Shown: piece by piece, positions 51,201 to 63,708 of the stretch
Position numbering within the stretch: position 1 is the stretch's first letter
How the letters are laid out: every line of letters begins with the position of its first letter
Position numbers and translations under genes: made by a program
NCBI RefSeq assembly: GCF_006345805.1
Contig: NC_042999.1
Span: 41,726,001 to 41,790,000, forward strand
Source: Octopus sinensis
Lineage: Eukaryota
Direction: 5' to 3'
DNA: 64,000 nt
Notes under the pieces: generated by a model
What the model was told of the DNA's origin: nothing
Seen by the model: the letters and a program-made list of their open reading frames with translations, nothing else
The model's database searches: none

Positions 51201-54200
51201 TATCGCAATACTACACAGTGGCTGTGTGAGCTGCGAAATCCTTGTCGCCACTATTATATCGCAATACTACACAGTGCCTGTGTGAGCTACGAAATCTTGT
51301 CGCCACTGTTATATCGCAATACTACTCAGTGGATGTGTGAGCTACGAAATCCTTGTCGCCACTATTATATCGCAATACTACACAGTGGCTGTGTGAGCTA
51401 CGAAATCCTTGTCGCCACTATTATATTGCAATACTACACAGTGGCTGTGTGAGCTACGAAATCCTCGCCGCGACTATTATATCGCAATACTACTCAGTGG
51501 ATGTGTGAGCTACGAAATCCTTGTCGCCACTATTATATCGCAATACTACACAGTGGCTGTGTGAGCTACGAAATCCTTGTCCCCACTATTATATTGCAAT
51601 ACTACACAGTGGTTGTGTGAGCTACGAAATCCTTGTCGCCACTGTTATATCGCAATACTACACAGTGGCTGTGTGAGCTACGAAATCCTCGCCGCGACTA
51701 TTATATCGCAATACTACACAGTGGATGTGGGAGCACCGAAATCCTTGTCGCCACTGTTATATCGCAATACTACACAGTGGCTGTGTGAGCTACGAAATCC
51801 TTGTCGCCACTATTATATTGCAATACTACACAGTGGCTGTGTGAGCTACGAAATCCTGGTCGCCTCTGTTATATCGCAATACTACACAGTGGCTGTGTGA
51901 GCTACGAAATCCTCGCCGCCACTGTTATATCGCAATACTACACAGTGGCTGTGTGAGCTACGAAATCCTTGTCGCCACTGTTATATCGCAATACTACACA
52001 GTGGCTGTGTGAGCTACGAAATCCTTGTCACCACTGTTATATCGCAATACTACACAGTGGCTGTGTGAGCTACGAAATCCTCGCCGCCACTGTTATATCG
52101 CAATACTACACAGTGGCTGTGTGAGCTACGAAATCCTTGTCGCCACTGTTATATCGCAATACTACACAGTGGCTGTGTGAGCTACGAAATCCTCGCCGCC
52201 ACTATTATATCGCAATACTACACAGTGGCTGTGTGAGCTACGAAATCCTTGTCGCCACTGTTATATCGCAATACTACACAGTGGCTGTGTGAGCTACTAA
52301 ATCCTTGTCGCCACTGTTATATCGCAATACTACACAGTGGCTGTGTGAGCTACTAAATCCTTGTCGCCACTGTTATATCGCAATACTACACAGTGGCTGT
52401 GTGAGCTACTAAATCCTTGTCGCCACTGTTATATCGCAATACTACACAGTGGCTGTGTGAGCTACGAAATCCTTGTCGCCACTCTTATATCGCAATACTA
52501 CACAGTGGCTGTGTGAGCTACGAAATCCTTGTCGCCACTCTTATATCGCAATACTACACAGTGGCTGTGTGAGCTACGAAATCCTTGTCGCCACTCTTAT
52601 ATCGCAATACTACACAGTGGCTGTGTGAGCTACGAAATCCTTGTCGCCACTGTTATATCGCAATACTACACAGTGGCTGTGTGAGCTACGAAATCCTTGT
52701 CGCCACTGTTATATCGCAATACTACACAGTGGCTGTGTGAGCTACGAAATCCTTGTCGCCACTGTTATATCGCAATACTACACAGTGGCTGTGTGAGCTA
52801 CGAAATCCTTGTCGCCACTCTATATCGCAATACTACACAGTGGCTGTGTGAGCTAGAAATCCTTGTCGCCACTGTTATATCGCAATACTACACAGTGGCT
52901 GTGTGAGCTACGAAATCCTTGTCGCCACTGTTATATCGCAATACTACACAGTGGCTGTGTGAGCTACGAAATCCTTGTCGCCACTGTTATATCGCAATAC
53001 TACACAGTGGCTGTGTGAGCTACGAAATCCTTGTCGCCACTGTTATATCGCAATACTACACAGTGGCTGTGTGAGCTACGAAATCCTGTCGCCACTGTTA
53101 TATCGCAATACTACACAGTGGCTGTGTGAGCTACGGAATCCTTGTCGCCACTGTTATATCGCAATACTACACAGTGGCTGTGTGAGCTACGAAATCCTTG
53201 TCGCCACTGTTATATCGCAATACTACACAGTGGCTGTGTGAGCTACGAAATCCTTGTCGCCACTGTTATATCGCAATACTACACAGTGGCTGTGTGAGCT
53301 ACGAAATCCTTGTCGCCACTGTTATATCGCAATACTACACAGTGGCTGTGTGAGCTACGAAATCCTTGTCGCCACTGTTATATCGCAATACTACACAGTG
53401 GCTGTGTGAGCTACGAAATCCTTGTCGCCACTGTTATATCGCAATACTACACAGTGGCTGTGCGAGCTACGAAATCCTTGTCGCCACTGTTATATCGCAA
53501 TACTACACAGTGGCTGTGTGAGCTACGAAATCCTTGTCGCCACTGTTATATCGCAATACTACACAGTGGCTGTGTGAGCTACGAAATCCTTGTCGCCACT
53601 GTTATATCGCAATACTACACAGTGGCTGTGTGAGCTACGAAATCCTTGTCGCCACTGTTATATCGCAATACTACACAGTGGCTGTGTGAGATATGAAATC
53701 CTTGTCGCCACTGTTATATCGCAATACTACACAGTGGCCGTGTGAGCTACGAAATCCTTGTCGCCACTGTTATATCGCAATACTACACAGTGGCTGTGTG
53801 AGCTACGAAATCCTTGTCGCCACTGTTATATCGCAATACTACACAGTGGCTGTGTGAGCTACGAAATCCTTGTCGCCACTGTTATATCGCAATACTACAC
53901 AGTGGCTGTGTGAGCTACGAAATCCTTGTCGCCACTGTTATATCGCAATACTACACAGTGGCTGTGTGAGCTACGAAATCCTTGTCGCCACTGTTATATC
54001 GCAATACTACACAGTGGCTGTGAGCTACGAAATCCTTGTCGCCACTGTTATATCGCAATACTACACAGTGGCTGTGTGAGCTACGAAATCCTCGTCGCCA
54101 CTGTTATATCGCAATACTACACAGTGGCTGTGTGAGCTACGAAATCCTCGCCGCCACTATTATATCGCAATACTACACAGTGGCTGTGTGAGCTACGAAA

Positions 54201-55512
54201 TCCTTGTCGCCACTGTTATATCGCAATACTACACAGTGGCTGTGTGAGCTACGAAATCCTCGCCGCCACTATTATATCGCAATACTACACAGTGGCTGTG
54301 TGAGCTACGAAATCCTCGCCGCCACTATTATATCGCAATACTACACAGTGGCTGTGTGAGCTACGAAATCCTCGCCGCGACTATTATATCGCAATACTAC
54401 ACAGTGGCTGTGTGAGCTACGAAATCCTTGTCGCCACTGTTATATCGCAATACTACACAGTGGCTGTGTGAGCTACGAAATCCTCGCCGCCACTATTATA
54501 TCGCAATACTACACAGTGGCTGTGTGAGCTACGAAATCCTTGTCGCCACTGTTATATCGCAATACTACACAGTGGCTGTGTGAGCTACGAAATCCTCGCC
54601 GCCACTATTATATCGCAATACTACACAGTGGCTGTGTGAGCTACGAAATCCTTGTCGCCATTGTTATATCGCAATACTACACAGTGGCTGTGTGAGCTAC
54701 GAAATCCTCGCCGCCACTATTATATCGCAATACTACACAGTGGCTGTGTGAGCTACGAAATCCTTGTCGCCACTGTTATATCGCAATACTACACAGTGGC
54801 TGTGTGAGCTACGAAATCCTTGTCGCCACTGTTATATCGCAATACTACACAGTGGCTGTGTGAGCTACGAAATCCTTGTCGCCACTATTATATCGCAATA
54901 CTACACAGTGGCTGTGTGAGCTACGAAATCCTTGTCGCCACTGTTATATCGCAATACTACACAGTGGCTGTGTGAGCTACGAAATCCTCGCCGCCACTAT
55001 TATATTGCAATACTACACAGTGGCTGTGTGAGCTACGAAATCCTCGCCGCCACTATTATATCGCAATACTACACAGTGGCTGTGTGAGCTACGAAATCCT
55101 TGTCGCCACTGTTATATCGCAATACTACACAGTGGCTGTGTGAGCTACGAAATCCTCGCCGTCACTGTTATATCGCAATACTACACAGTGGCTGTGTGAG
55201 CTACGAAATCCTTGTCGCCACTATTATATCGCAATACTACACAGTGGCTGTGTGAGCTACGAAATCCTCGCCGTCACTGTTATATCGCAATACTACACAG
55301 TGGCTGTGTGAGCTACGAAATCCTTGTCGCCACTATTATATCGCAATACTACACAGTGGCTGTGTGAGCTACGAAATCCTCGCCGTCACTGTTATATCGC
55401 AATACTACACAGTGGCTGTGTGAGCTACGAAATCCTTGTTGCCACTGTTATATCGCAATACTACACAGTGGCTGCGTGAGCTACGAAATCCTTGTCGCTA
55501 CTGTTATGTCGC
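21293..55512 (+). repeat. Tandem satellite array, 56-bp monomer, ~34.2 kb, ~610 copies
   Basis: Consensus TGTTATATCGCAATACTACACAGTGGCTGTGTGAGCTACGAAATCCTTGTCGCCAC, head-to-tail in one orientation, with no visible foreign insertions and sharp boundaries. Confidence 0.99.
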
Positions 55513-55916
55513 TCGTTCGAATGCCTTCTACTCAACTCTACTCTCCTCCTCTCCACTCTATATCTACGTATGGGGCTAGCCTACTTCATCGACTGGGGGC
55601 GTCCACACAACAGTAAGTCACTGCAAGACTGCTTTGCTCATGGTTTTTACCAATCACCATCAAAATGAGAATAAAATCCAGCAACAACAATAACAACGAC
55701 GTTGGTGGCAACATCATCAACTAAACAAGAGCGACAAAGATGCCTACAAGAACATCAACAACAATGCGAACCACAGCAAGATTACAGATATATACTTTAT
55801 ATTTATGAGTGTGCATCATACGGCAAATGTAACACATTTCATACGATAAAGCTTTGCATGTCGAAACATGCACCATATTTCTGGGCGGGAGCTTGATATA
55901 TATATAAATATATATC

Positions 55917-55950
<34 letters not shown>

Positions 55951-56349
55951 TGTGTGTCTGTGTGTCTGTGTGTATATATATGTATGTTTGTGCTTGCATG
56001 CGTGCGTGTGTATCTGCCGCGCGCGTGCTTATAGTATTATGCTTCGATGGATAATTGATGTTTTACTTAAGAGTAGCCTATGTAAATCCGAGTATGTTGC
56101 TACAGTACTAAGTTGACAATTTAAATCATGTATTGGAAAGTTCATTGAATAATAGATAACTTCCTGTTCACACTTTGACAGGATGTCGTAGATTCGAATT
56201 ATGAGATTACACCGAAAACGGAGAGGTGCAGTGTGATATGATAAAATTACGAGAGTAAATAATGGGGACAGGTGATCTGTTGTTTAGTCGGATACTCCAA
56301 AGGTGTTACCTAAATCTATTGAGAAATCTCCGGCTAATTTGTGATAAGA

Positions 56350-57141
56350 AAATCGATTCACATAATATACACACCTAGCATTCTATGAAGTTCTTCCAGG
56401 TACAGACAAAACGGTCGGTGTGATGCAGGTAGTTTTTGTTAGGACAGGTAAAGGGAGAGGAAGCGGTTAGTGTGGCAAAGTAGACAGGGGATGGAAAGAT
56501 CTAGATCAGGTGCGGGAGAAGAGAGGTGTCACGAATCAGTAGCTCTTGCAATTTGTGGGCATAATCAAAGGAGAAAGATATAAATTGCAAAAGAGGCAGG
56601 AACTAGCGAGATCGGACGGTAGTTTTGTAGAATCGAAGGGCAGTGTACAGGAAAAGTTAGATATAGGAGTTGTAAATGAAGAGGAGGGAAGACAGTTGTT
56701 TGTGAGGTAGCTATAAGTTAAATGAGTGGTGATGTGGTTTATTTTGTAGGAAAGTATGAGGGCACCTTGGAGTAAGATCGGGTTACACTCAACTTCTAGT
56801 CATTTCAGAACATACGTTCAGAGTAGAATGTAGGGACCATGAGAAGTGGATCGTATACTCAAAACGGGTTGTCAGACTGTCTGGAATGGTAGAGAGTAAG
56901 GGAAATGGAATGTGGATTAGCGGTTAGCGTTTTAGATACAATATAGGTGTAAGAAGGAGAAAATGCTGTAGGCGCAGGAGTGGCTGTGTGGTAAGTAGCT
57001 TGCTAACCAACTACATGGTTCCGGGTTCAGTCCCACTGCGTGGCATCTTGGGCAAGTGTCTTCTGATATAGCCCCGGGCCGACCAATGCCTTGTGAGTGG
57101 ATTTGGTAGACGGAAACTGAAAGAAGCCTGTCGTATATATG

Positions 57142-57175
<34 letters not shown>

Positions 57176-57560
57176 GTTGTGTGTCTGTGTTTGTCCCCCT
57201 AGCATTGCTTGACAACCAATGCTAGTGTGTTTAGATCCCCGTCACTTAGCGGTTCGGCAAAAAAGACCGATAGAATAAGTACTGGGCTTACAAAGAATAA
57301 GTCCCGGGGTCGATTTGCTCCACTAAAGGCGGTGCTCCAGCATGGCCGCAGTCAAATGACTGAAACAAGTAAAAGAGTAAAAGAGTAGAGTAAAAGAGTA
57401 AAGAGAACAGTAGTTGCCAAATTTGTAATAAATAAAGGTAGATATAGTGAGTTTTATTTTTCTATTTTGATGGAGGGATGCAGAAGTTTCAAGGAAGTTA
57501 ATAAATGGAGGATATGAAATGACGAGCGTTGTGAGAGATGCTAACTAGGAGATGAATCAG
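56350..57560 (-). mobile_element. Highly decayed CR1/L2-like LINE remnant, interrupted by a SINE
   Basis: Minus strand around 56780-56900 loosely resembles the CR1 post-RT motif LY.S..RP.LEY....WSP (CTCTACCATTCC..CCCGTTTTGAGTAT..TGGTCCC). Boundaries are uncertain. Confidence 0.3.
56971..57405 (+). mobile_element. SINE family B, full length
   Basis: GGCGCAGGAGTGGCTGTGTGGTAAG head through to the (GAGTAAAA)n tail. Confidence 0.9.
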
Positions 57561-57587
57561 TTCAATGACGAAAGATGATGCACAGAT

Positions 57588-57824
57588 GGCGAGCTGGCAG
57601 AAACGTTAGCTCGCCGGGCAAAATGCGTAGCCGTATTTCGTCTGCCGTTACGTTCTGAGTTCAAATTCCGCCGAGGTCGACTTTGCCTTTCATCCTTTCG
57701 GGGTCGATTAAATAAGTACCAGTTGCGCACTGGGGTCGATATAATCAACTTAATCCGTTTGTCTGTCCTTGTTTGTCCTCTCTGTGTTTAGGTCTTTTGT
57801 GGGTAGTAAAGAAATAGATATTTC
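57588..57824 (+). mobile_element. SINE family A
   Basis: Near-identical to the 2674 and 7110 copies. Confidence 0.9.
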
Positions 57825-58679
57825 TATATAACAGATAAAAATAGTCTCAGACTCATACAGTCGCCTGACTACATACACAAAAATTAAGACTCACATACAT
57901 ACAAGCGAACAGATGTAAGAGCGGTAATATACATGCAATCAGCATTCACGTACATATACACATAAAAACACGCACAAAAGCACATGAGTCCCTATAATTT
58001 TCATTGGCATGCTCCGTACGTAAATATTGCAACAGCTCAACAAGCACATACACATATCTACTATTCACACGCACACAAACACACACATACACATGCACAC
58101 AGTACTACGAAAACACCAAATAACGCACACAAGTACATGTAGAAACATATAAACACATGCGAACTTACACACAAAAACAGGTCAACCTGAACGACAGCTG
58201 ATAGCCATGTACTTACACACATATACACTTAAGCATACGCGCATATAAACACTTATATACACAGACGGACATAGTCCTCATTATCTCCCCTTTTCAACTT
58301 TGTAATTGAACATCAATTTATTCCCTCACGTCTTCCCCACTCAACAAAATGGCCTACTCCTAAATGCATGTTTCTCGGACGCCTCACTTTTTCCGCGTTT
58401 TTTTCCTCTTTCTTTCTCTCTTTGTAGGTTTTCTTTACGTTGAATAGCAAATAAGTTCAACACATCGAACTTTTATTTCATTACTCAGAAACAGTTTGAA
58501 ACTAATCTGACTTTATGGTGTTAAATATTACCATTGAAGTGTTAAACTAGTACCATATGTTTCATACTTTGTTCTTCCTATGTTCAGCATTTCAATGTTA
58601 ATTTTCTTAATTTTATATATACATATAAGTATGTCCATACATACATGTGTGCGCACACACACACACACACACACACACG

Positions 58680-58749
<70 letters not shown>

Positions 58750-58831
58750 AGATAAAGAGATAAAACTATATATGCATATATATATATATATGGAGATAGA
58801 CAGATAACACTATATACAGACACACACACAC

Positions 58832-58866
<35 letters not shown>

Positions 58867-59132
58867 ATACATATAGACATTCTTGTATCTACAAACATAT
58901 TTACAGGTATAAATATATGTATACATACATAACTATATATACATATATATATATATATGTCTATCTATTTATGTATGTGTGTGTGAATGTTTGTCTGTAT
59001 GTGTGTGTGTGTACAAACGCGAAAGCACACACACGTATGAGTGCGTATGTCAAGTGCTCTTTTCTTTCGTTTGTATACATACATATATACATACATACGT
59101 ACATACGTATATACATACGTACATACATACGT

Positions 59133-59167
<35 letters not shown>

Positions 59168-59464
59168 GTGTGTTTATTGTCGTTGGCTGTCTCTGTTTTG
59201 GTAGAAGAATAGATGAAATCTGAAAAGACAAATGATCAAGATAATTAAAAGGAAGCCGTATCTTCAGGAATGTCTGTAAACGGATGTCGTAGTCTGTGCT
59301 ACGTCAAAGAGAAACAAGTGTTTGCTAATGTATAATTCGGAATTGTCCATATTAACTGATCTTCCTTGTTTTAATGAGCTTAACAAAACTTTCCACAGTC
59401 TTGAGATTTTCCGGCTTACGAGCGCCTGCCTCTGCTGCTGATAAATGTTATTGATACAGATTGA

Positions 59465-59511
59465 AGACGGTGATGGCGATGATGACGACGGTGTTGATGA
59501 CGATGACGATC

Positions 59512-59542
<31 letters not shown>

Positions 59543-59600
59543 CTATGACGACGATGATGCCGACAGTGATGATGATGATCTTGATGATAACAACGATGGT

Positions 59601-59631
<31 letters not shown>

Positions 59632-59746
59632 CCTCACTACTAATACTACTACCCTCACTACTACTACTACTACTTCAACTACTACTACTACTACTACTAC
59701 TACTACCCTCACTACTAATATTACTACCCTCACTACTACTACTTCA

Positions 59747-59787
<41 letters not shown>

Positions 59788-59795
59788 CACTACTG

Positions 59796-59826
<31 letters not shown>

Positions 59827-60290
59827 GCACTACTACTACTACTACTTACCACTACTACTACGTTCACCTACACTACAACTATCGCCTGAACCGCCAACAC
59901 CACTACTAGAACTGCCACCAGCTCAGCTACCTTTATAAATGAAATAACTGCTACGGCTGCCAACATCACCTACTACCACTATTACTACTACTTCTACTAC
60001 TACAATCAGCCCCACTGAACCATGACCACAGTTGCAATTACCATCTACAACTCTTACAAGTGTGACCATCTCTACAACTACTACCACCTCCACTACTACC
60101 AGAAACAGTAGTGGTGGTAGTTGTTGTAGTAGTATTAGTAGTAGTAGTAGTAGTGCTAGTACCACTACCATCATGATCACCACTATTACTACTATTACAG
60201 TTATTACAACTACAAAAACAACCGAAACTGCCACTACTACTACTACTAATACTACTACAACTACTACTACTACTACTACTACTACCACTA
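59465..60290. repeat. Compound trinucleotide repeats (GAT)n, (CTA)n, (TAG)n
   Basis: Directly visible. These generate spurious poly-D/L/T/V ORFs. Confidence 0.95.
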
Positions 60291-60413
60291 CTTGTGTTAA
60301 GGAATATGTGTGGAACGTGGCGGTTTTAGGAGAACGAGGCTGCTATTTCTCACACAATGAACGACTAGTTACAGACTTCTTCGATAGCTCTCTTGAATAT
60401 AGCATATTTTAAT

Positions 60414-60845
60414 GCGGTGAGCTGGCATAGACGTTAGCCCGCCGGGCGAAATGCTTTGTGGTATTTCGTCAGTCGCTGCTTTCTGAGGTTAAAATCCGCT
60501 GAGGTCGACTTTGCCTTTCATCCTTTCGGGGCCGATATATTAAGTACCGGTTACGCACTGGGGTCGATGTAATCGACTTAATCCCTTTGTCTGTCCGTGT
60601 TTGTCTCCTCTATGTTTAGCCCCTTGTGGGCAAGAAAGAAATAAGAAACGTTAGCACGCTGGGCGAAATGCTTAGCGGTATTTCGTCTGTCATAACGTTT
60701 TGAGATCAAATTCCGCCGAGGTCTACTTTGCCTTTCATCCTATCGAGGTCAATAACTTAAGTACCAGTTGCATACTGTAGTCGATGTAATTGACTGGCAC
60801 CCTTCCAAAAAATTTCAGGCCTTGTACCTAGAGTAGAAAAGAATA
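60414..60845 (+). mobile_element. SINE family A, dimeric form (two tandem body units with different 3' tails)
   Basis: Unit 1 (~60414-60643) ends AAAGAAATA. Unit 2 restarts GAAACGTTAGCACGC and ends GGCCTTGTACCTAGAGTAGAAAAGAAT. Confidence 0.85.
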
Positions 60846-61019
60846 TATTATATTTTTGTACCTGAAGGTGCTGATATCTGTGAGCTGTTCCTCGATCTAT
60901 TCACAGAATGCAAGTTCGTATATTTAGTTGGCATTTTTCGGTTTGTAAATGTTCTGCGGAAAGCAACTTCTTGTACAATTCTTCCATTTGTATAGACACA
61001 GACAGCAGTCTGTGGATTT

Positions 61020-61837
61020 GGATCTTTTCCATTTAAACGGCAGTTTTCAACACAATTTCTAGTTAACTAAATACTTTTAAACTTCGTATACTTGTAGAAT
61101 GTGTTTATAAAACATCATTTTTTCTTGGCTTTATTGAGAAAATTCTATATGTTGTAACATATTTAAAATCGAGCATTTCGGCAATTTTAACCAATCAAAT
61201 ACGTCCATTTGGAGTCAAAAACACACCATGCTGTATGAATATGTCCCTCGTTTAAGAAACAGATTGGGTTTATTTACATTTGCGAAGAAAGAAATATACT
61301 CTTCCCCCACCCCCAACCCTAACCCTAACTCTAACTAAACCTTAAAATAGATTGAAATGCAATAGATCGATACTAGGGTTATAATTATGGGTGACATTTT
61401 CATTTGACACCGCTAGAAAAAAATCCTATTTTCCGTAGCGGTGTCGTATGAAATTTTCACCCATAATTATAACCCTAGTATCGATCTATTGCATTTCAAT
61501 CTATTTTAGGGTTAGGTTTAGAGTTATGGTTAGGGTTAGGGGTGGGGGAAGGGTATCTTTTTTTTTCGCAAATGTAAATAAACCCAATCTGTTTCTTAAA
61601 CGAGGAACATATTCATACAGCACAGTATGATTTCACTCCAAATGGACGTATTTGAGTGGTTAAAATTGCCGAAATGCTCGATTGTAAAGTGGAAATATGT
61701 TACAAACTATAGAATCTTCTCAATAAAGCCAAGATAAAATGATGTTTTATAAACACATTCTACCAGTTTACGAAGTTTAAAAGTGTCTAGTTAACTAGAA
61801 ATTGTGTTGACAAATGCCGTTCAAAAGGAAAAGATCC
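61020..61837. mobile_element. Foldback non-autonomous DNA transposon (~400-bp arms, 20-bp spacer, 8-bp TSD), Merlin/MULE-like
   Basis: GGATCTTTTCC...GGAAAAGATCC. TSD GTGGATTT at 61012-61019 and 61838-61845. Arms are 61020-61415 and 61436-61837. Confidence 0.92.
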
Positions 61838-62066
61838 GTGGATTTTTCTACGAATGCTAATTCTGAGAAACTGAGTTTGTAGCTAGATTACGATATTTTT
61901 CTATTTGCTTGACGTTATAAACATACAGATATCCACAGGCTATCAGAAACAATAAAAGAGAGACATGAAAGGTTGTTTCTAATATACGATTTTGTGTCGT
62001 TTGTCATTTCCACGGTAGCTATAAAACGTTTTGGTTTGGCAGAAAAGAGATAAAATATTAAACATA

Positions 62067-62222
62067 GGCGCGGTTATATGTGTGGGTAACAAGACTGATT
62101 CCCAATGTGGTTTCGGGTTCAATCCAACTGCGTGGTATCTTGGGCAAGTGTCTTCTATAACTTCAAGCTGAAGAAAGCTTTGCTAGCCGATTTGATTCAC
62201 AGAAACAGAAGGAAGTCCGCCT

Positions 62223-62225
<3 letters not shown>
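62067..62225 (+). mobile_element. Old SINE family B 5' fragment
   Basis: GGGTTCAATCC..CTGCGTGGTATCTTGGGCAAGTGTCTTCTA. Confidence 0.65.
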
Positions 62226-62275
<50 letters not shown>

Positions 62276-63217
62276 GCATATATATACACATTTGTGTGTA
62301 TGTATGTATGTCAGTAGGTATGTATGTGTGTGCATCATGGGTAGACTCATTCGTCGCACGGGTTCAAGCCATCACACCTTGTTTTGGGGTGTCTTTAACA
62401 GAGTCTATTCTGTTGCAAGTATTTGGGTCTCATCACCATTCTATCGATACCATACTACTACGCAACAGTGTCTAGGACCTTTAAAGTGTAAGGAATTCCA
62501 TACCATCATCGTATATGACCATTATTTTATGAATACCTGGCCCATGATTGCTGAACGTATTGGGGCCATATTACCTTTAGGAAGTAGCATATACCGGATG
62601 ATATCCTCTAATGCTAACACAATCTTTTATATTGCTTGCGCATCCATGATGAAAGGAACTAATATGAAATGCAATAATATGCAGTAAAACATTAATGTTA
62701 GATTCCAATAATGACGAAGAACGGTCTTCGTTTCTCTGAAGATACTTGAACAACTGCTAACACATGCTCTCTTCTTCTACAGCCATACTGTTCAACAGCA
62801 TCGTGTATACAATAGCCATACAATTCAACTGTACCAGAATGCCAACACCCTACTGCATGACAACGCAAAAACTAATAAACCGTTCTCATCATATTACATT
62901 TTAATATAGCGATCGTCTTCAAGGTCGCCTCATATACATGTTTATGTGTGAATATCAAGGTAGCTAGTTCACGCCATTGAAAAGACCCCAATATGGAGAA
63001 ATACCTCTGAAGTTTATGCTGGCCATTGTTGAGGTGCGGTTTCATCTCTCCCCGGTATTTATTGTTCTTTAACACAGCATATCCATAACAGATGTTATCA
63101 CAAGACAAAAACAGCAATAAATGACCTATTAACGGCATGTATATATTAAGCAATATGTAAAATGGTCATATTAATTTATTACTGCTTAATTTCGTTATGC
63201 TGCATACATACACGCAC

Positions 63218-63279
<62 letters not shown>

Positions 63280-63289
63280 AATATATGTC

Positions 63290-63497
63290 TATTGACCGCG
63301 TGTGTACCGTTGGCGATTTTTTTCCTCTGTCTTCCCTTCTCTGGATCTTTCCTTCCGCTATGTTTCCGACGAAGAGCTCCGCTCGAAACATTAAACCTTC
63401 CTTCTTTCCTTCTTTCCTGAGCGTCCAATAATACTATATTTGTTCCACGTCCTCGCGTTGTTGTGTTTTTTTTGTGCTTTCTTGTTTGGATTAACTA
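63290..63497 (+). mobile_element. Dispersed TA-anchored repeat carrying a minimal hammerhead-like motif (probably Penelope-derived)
   Basis: Flanked by TA tracts. Its 3' part matches 8745-8880 in reverse. Contains GTTT-CCGACGA-A-GAGC-TCC-GCTC-GAAA-CATT-AAAC at 63362-63396. Confidence 0.6.
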
Positions 63498-63572
63498 TAT
63501 ATGTATGTATATATGTATATGTAAATATATATACATATACATACATATATGCATACATATATACATACATAT

Positions 63573-63610
<38 letters not shown>

Positions 63611-63659
63611 TGTCATAAGTCCGAGAGATTTTATTAACTTCCCATTTTCTCGTGTTTTT

Positions 63660-63708
<49 letters not shown>

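Noticed and set aside
21395-54135. Many Cys/Tyr-rich ORFs (MSPLLYRNTTQWLCELRNPCRHC...)
   Set aside because: Translation artefact. 56 is not divisible by 3, so the frame rotates with one TGA per 168 nt. Longer ORFs arise only from random indels and begin at TTG/GTG.
21293-55512. CRISPR-like array
   Set aside because: Monomers are contiguous with no unique spacers, there are no cas-like ORFs, and the context is eukaryotic.
59416-60412. Poly-D/L/V/T ORFs resembling membrane or mucin proteins
   Set aside because: Pure trinucleotide repeats that are open in several frames on both strands.
61316-61541. Telomere or chromosome-fusion scar
   Set aside because: Only a few degenerate units, oriented CCCTAA then TTAGGG and placed symmetrically inside the arms of a TSD-flanked transposon.
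62310-63150. ORFs 62238..62687 and 62872..63153 as genes or an RTE endonuclease remnant
   Set aside because: Only a faint resemblance (IFTHKHVYEAT) to APE motifs; insufficient to call without a homology search.
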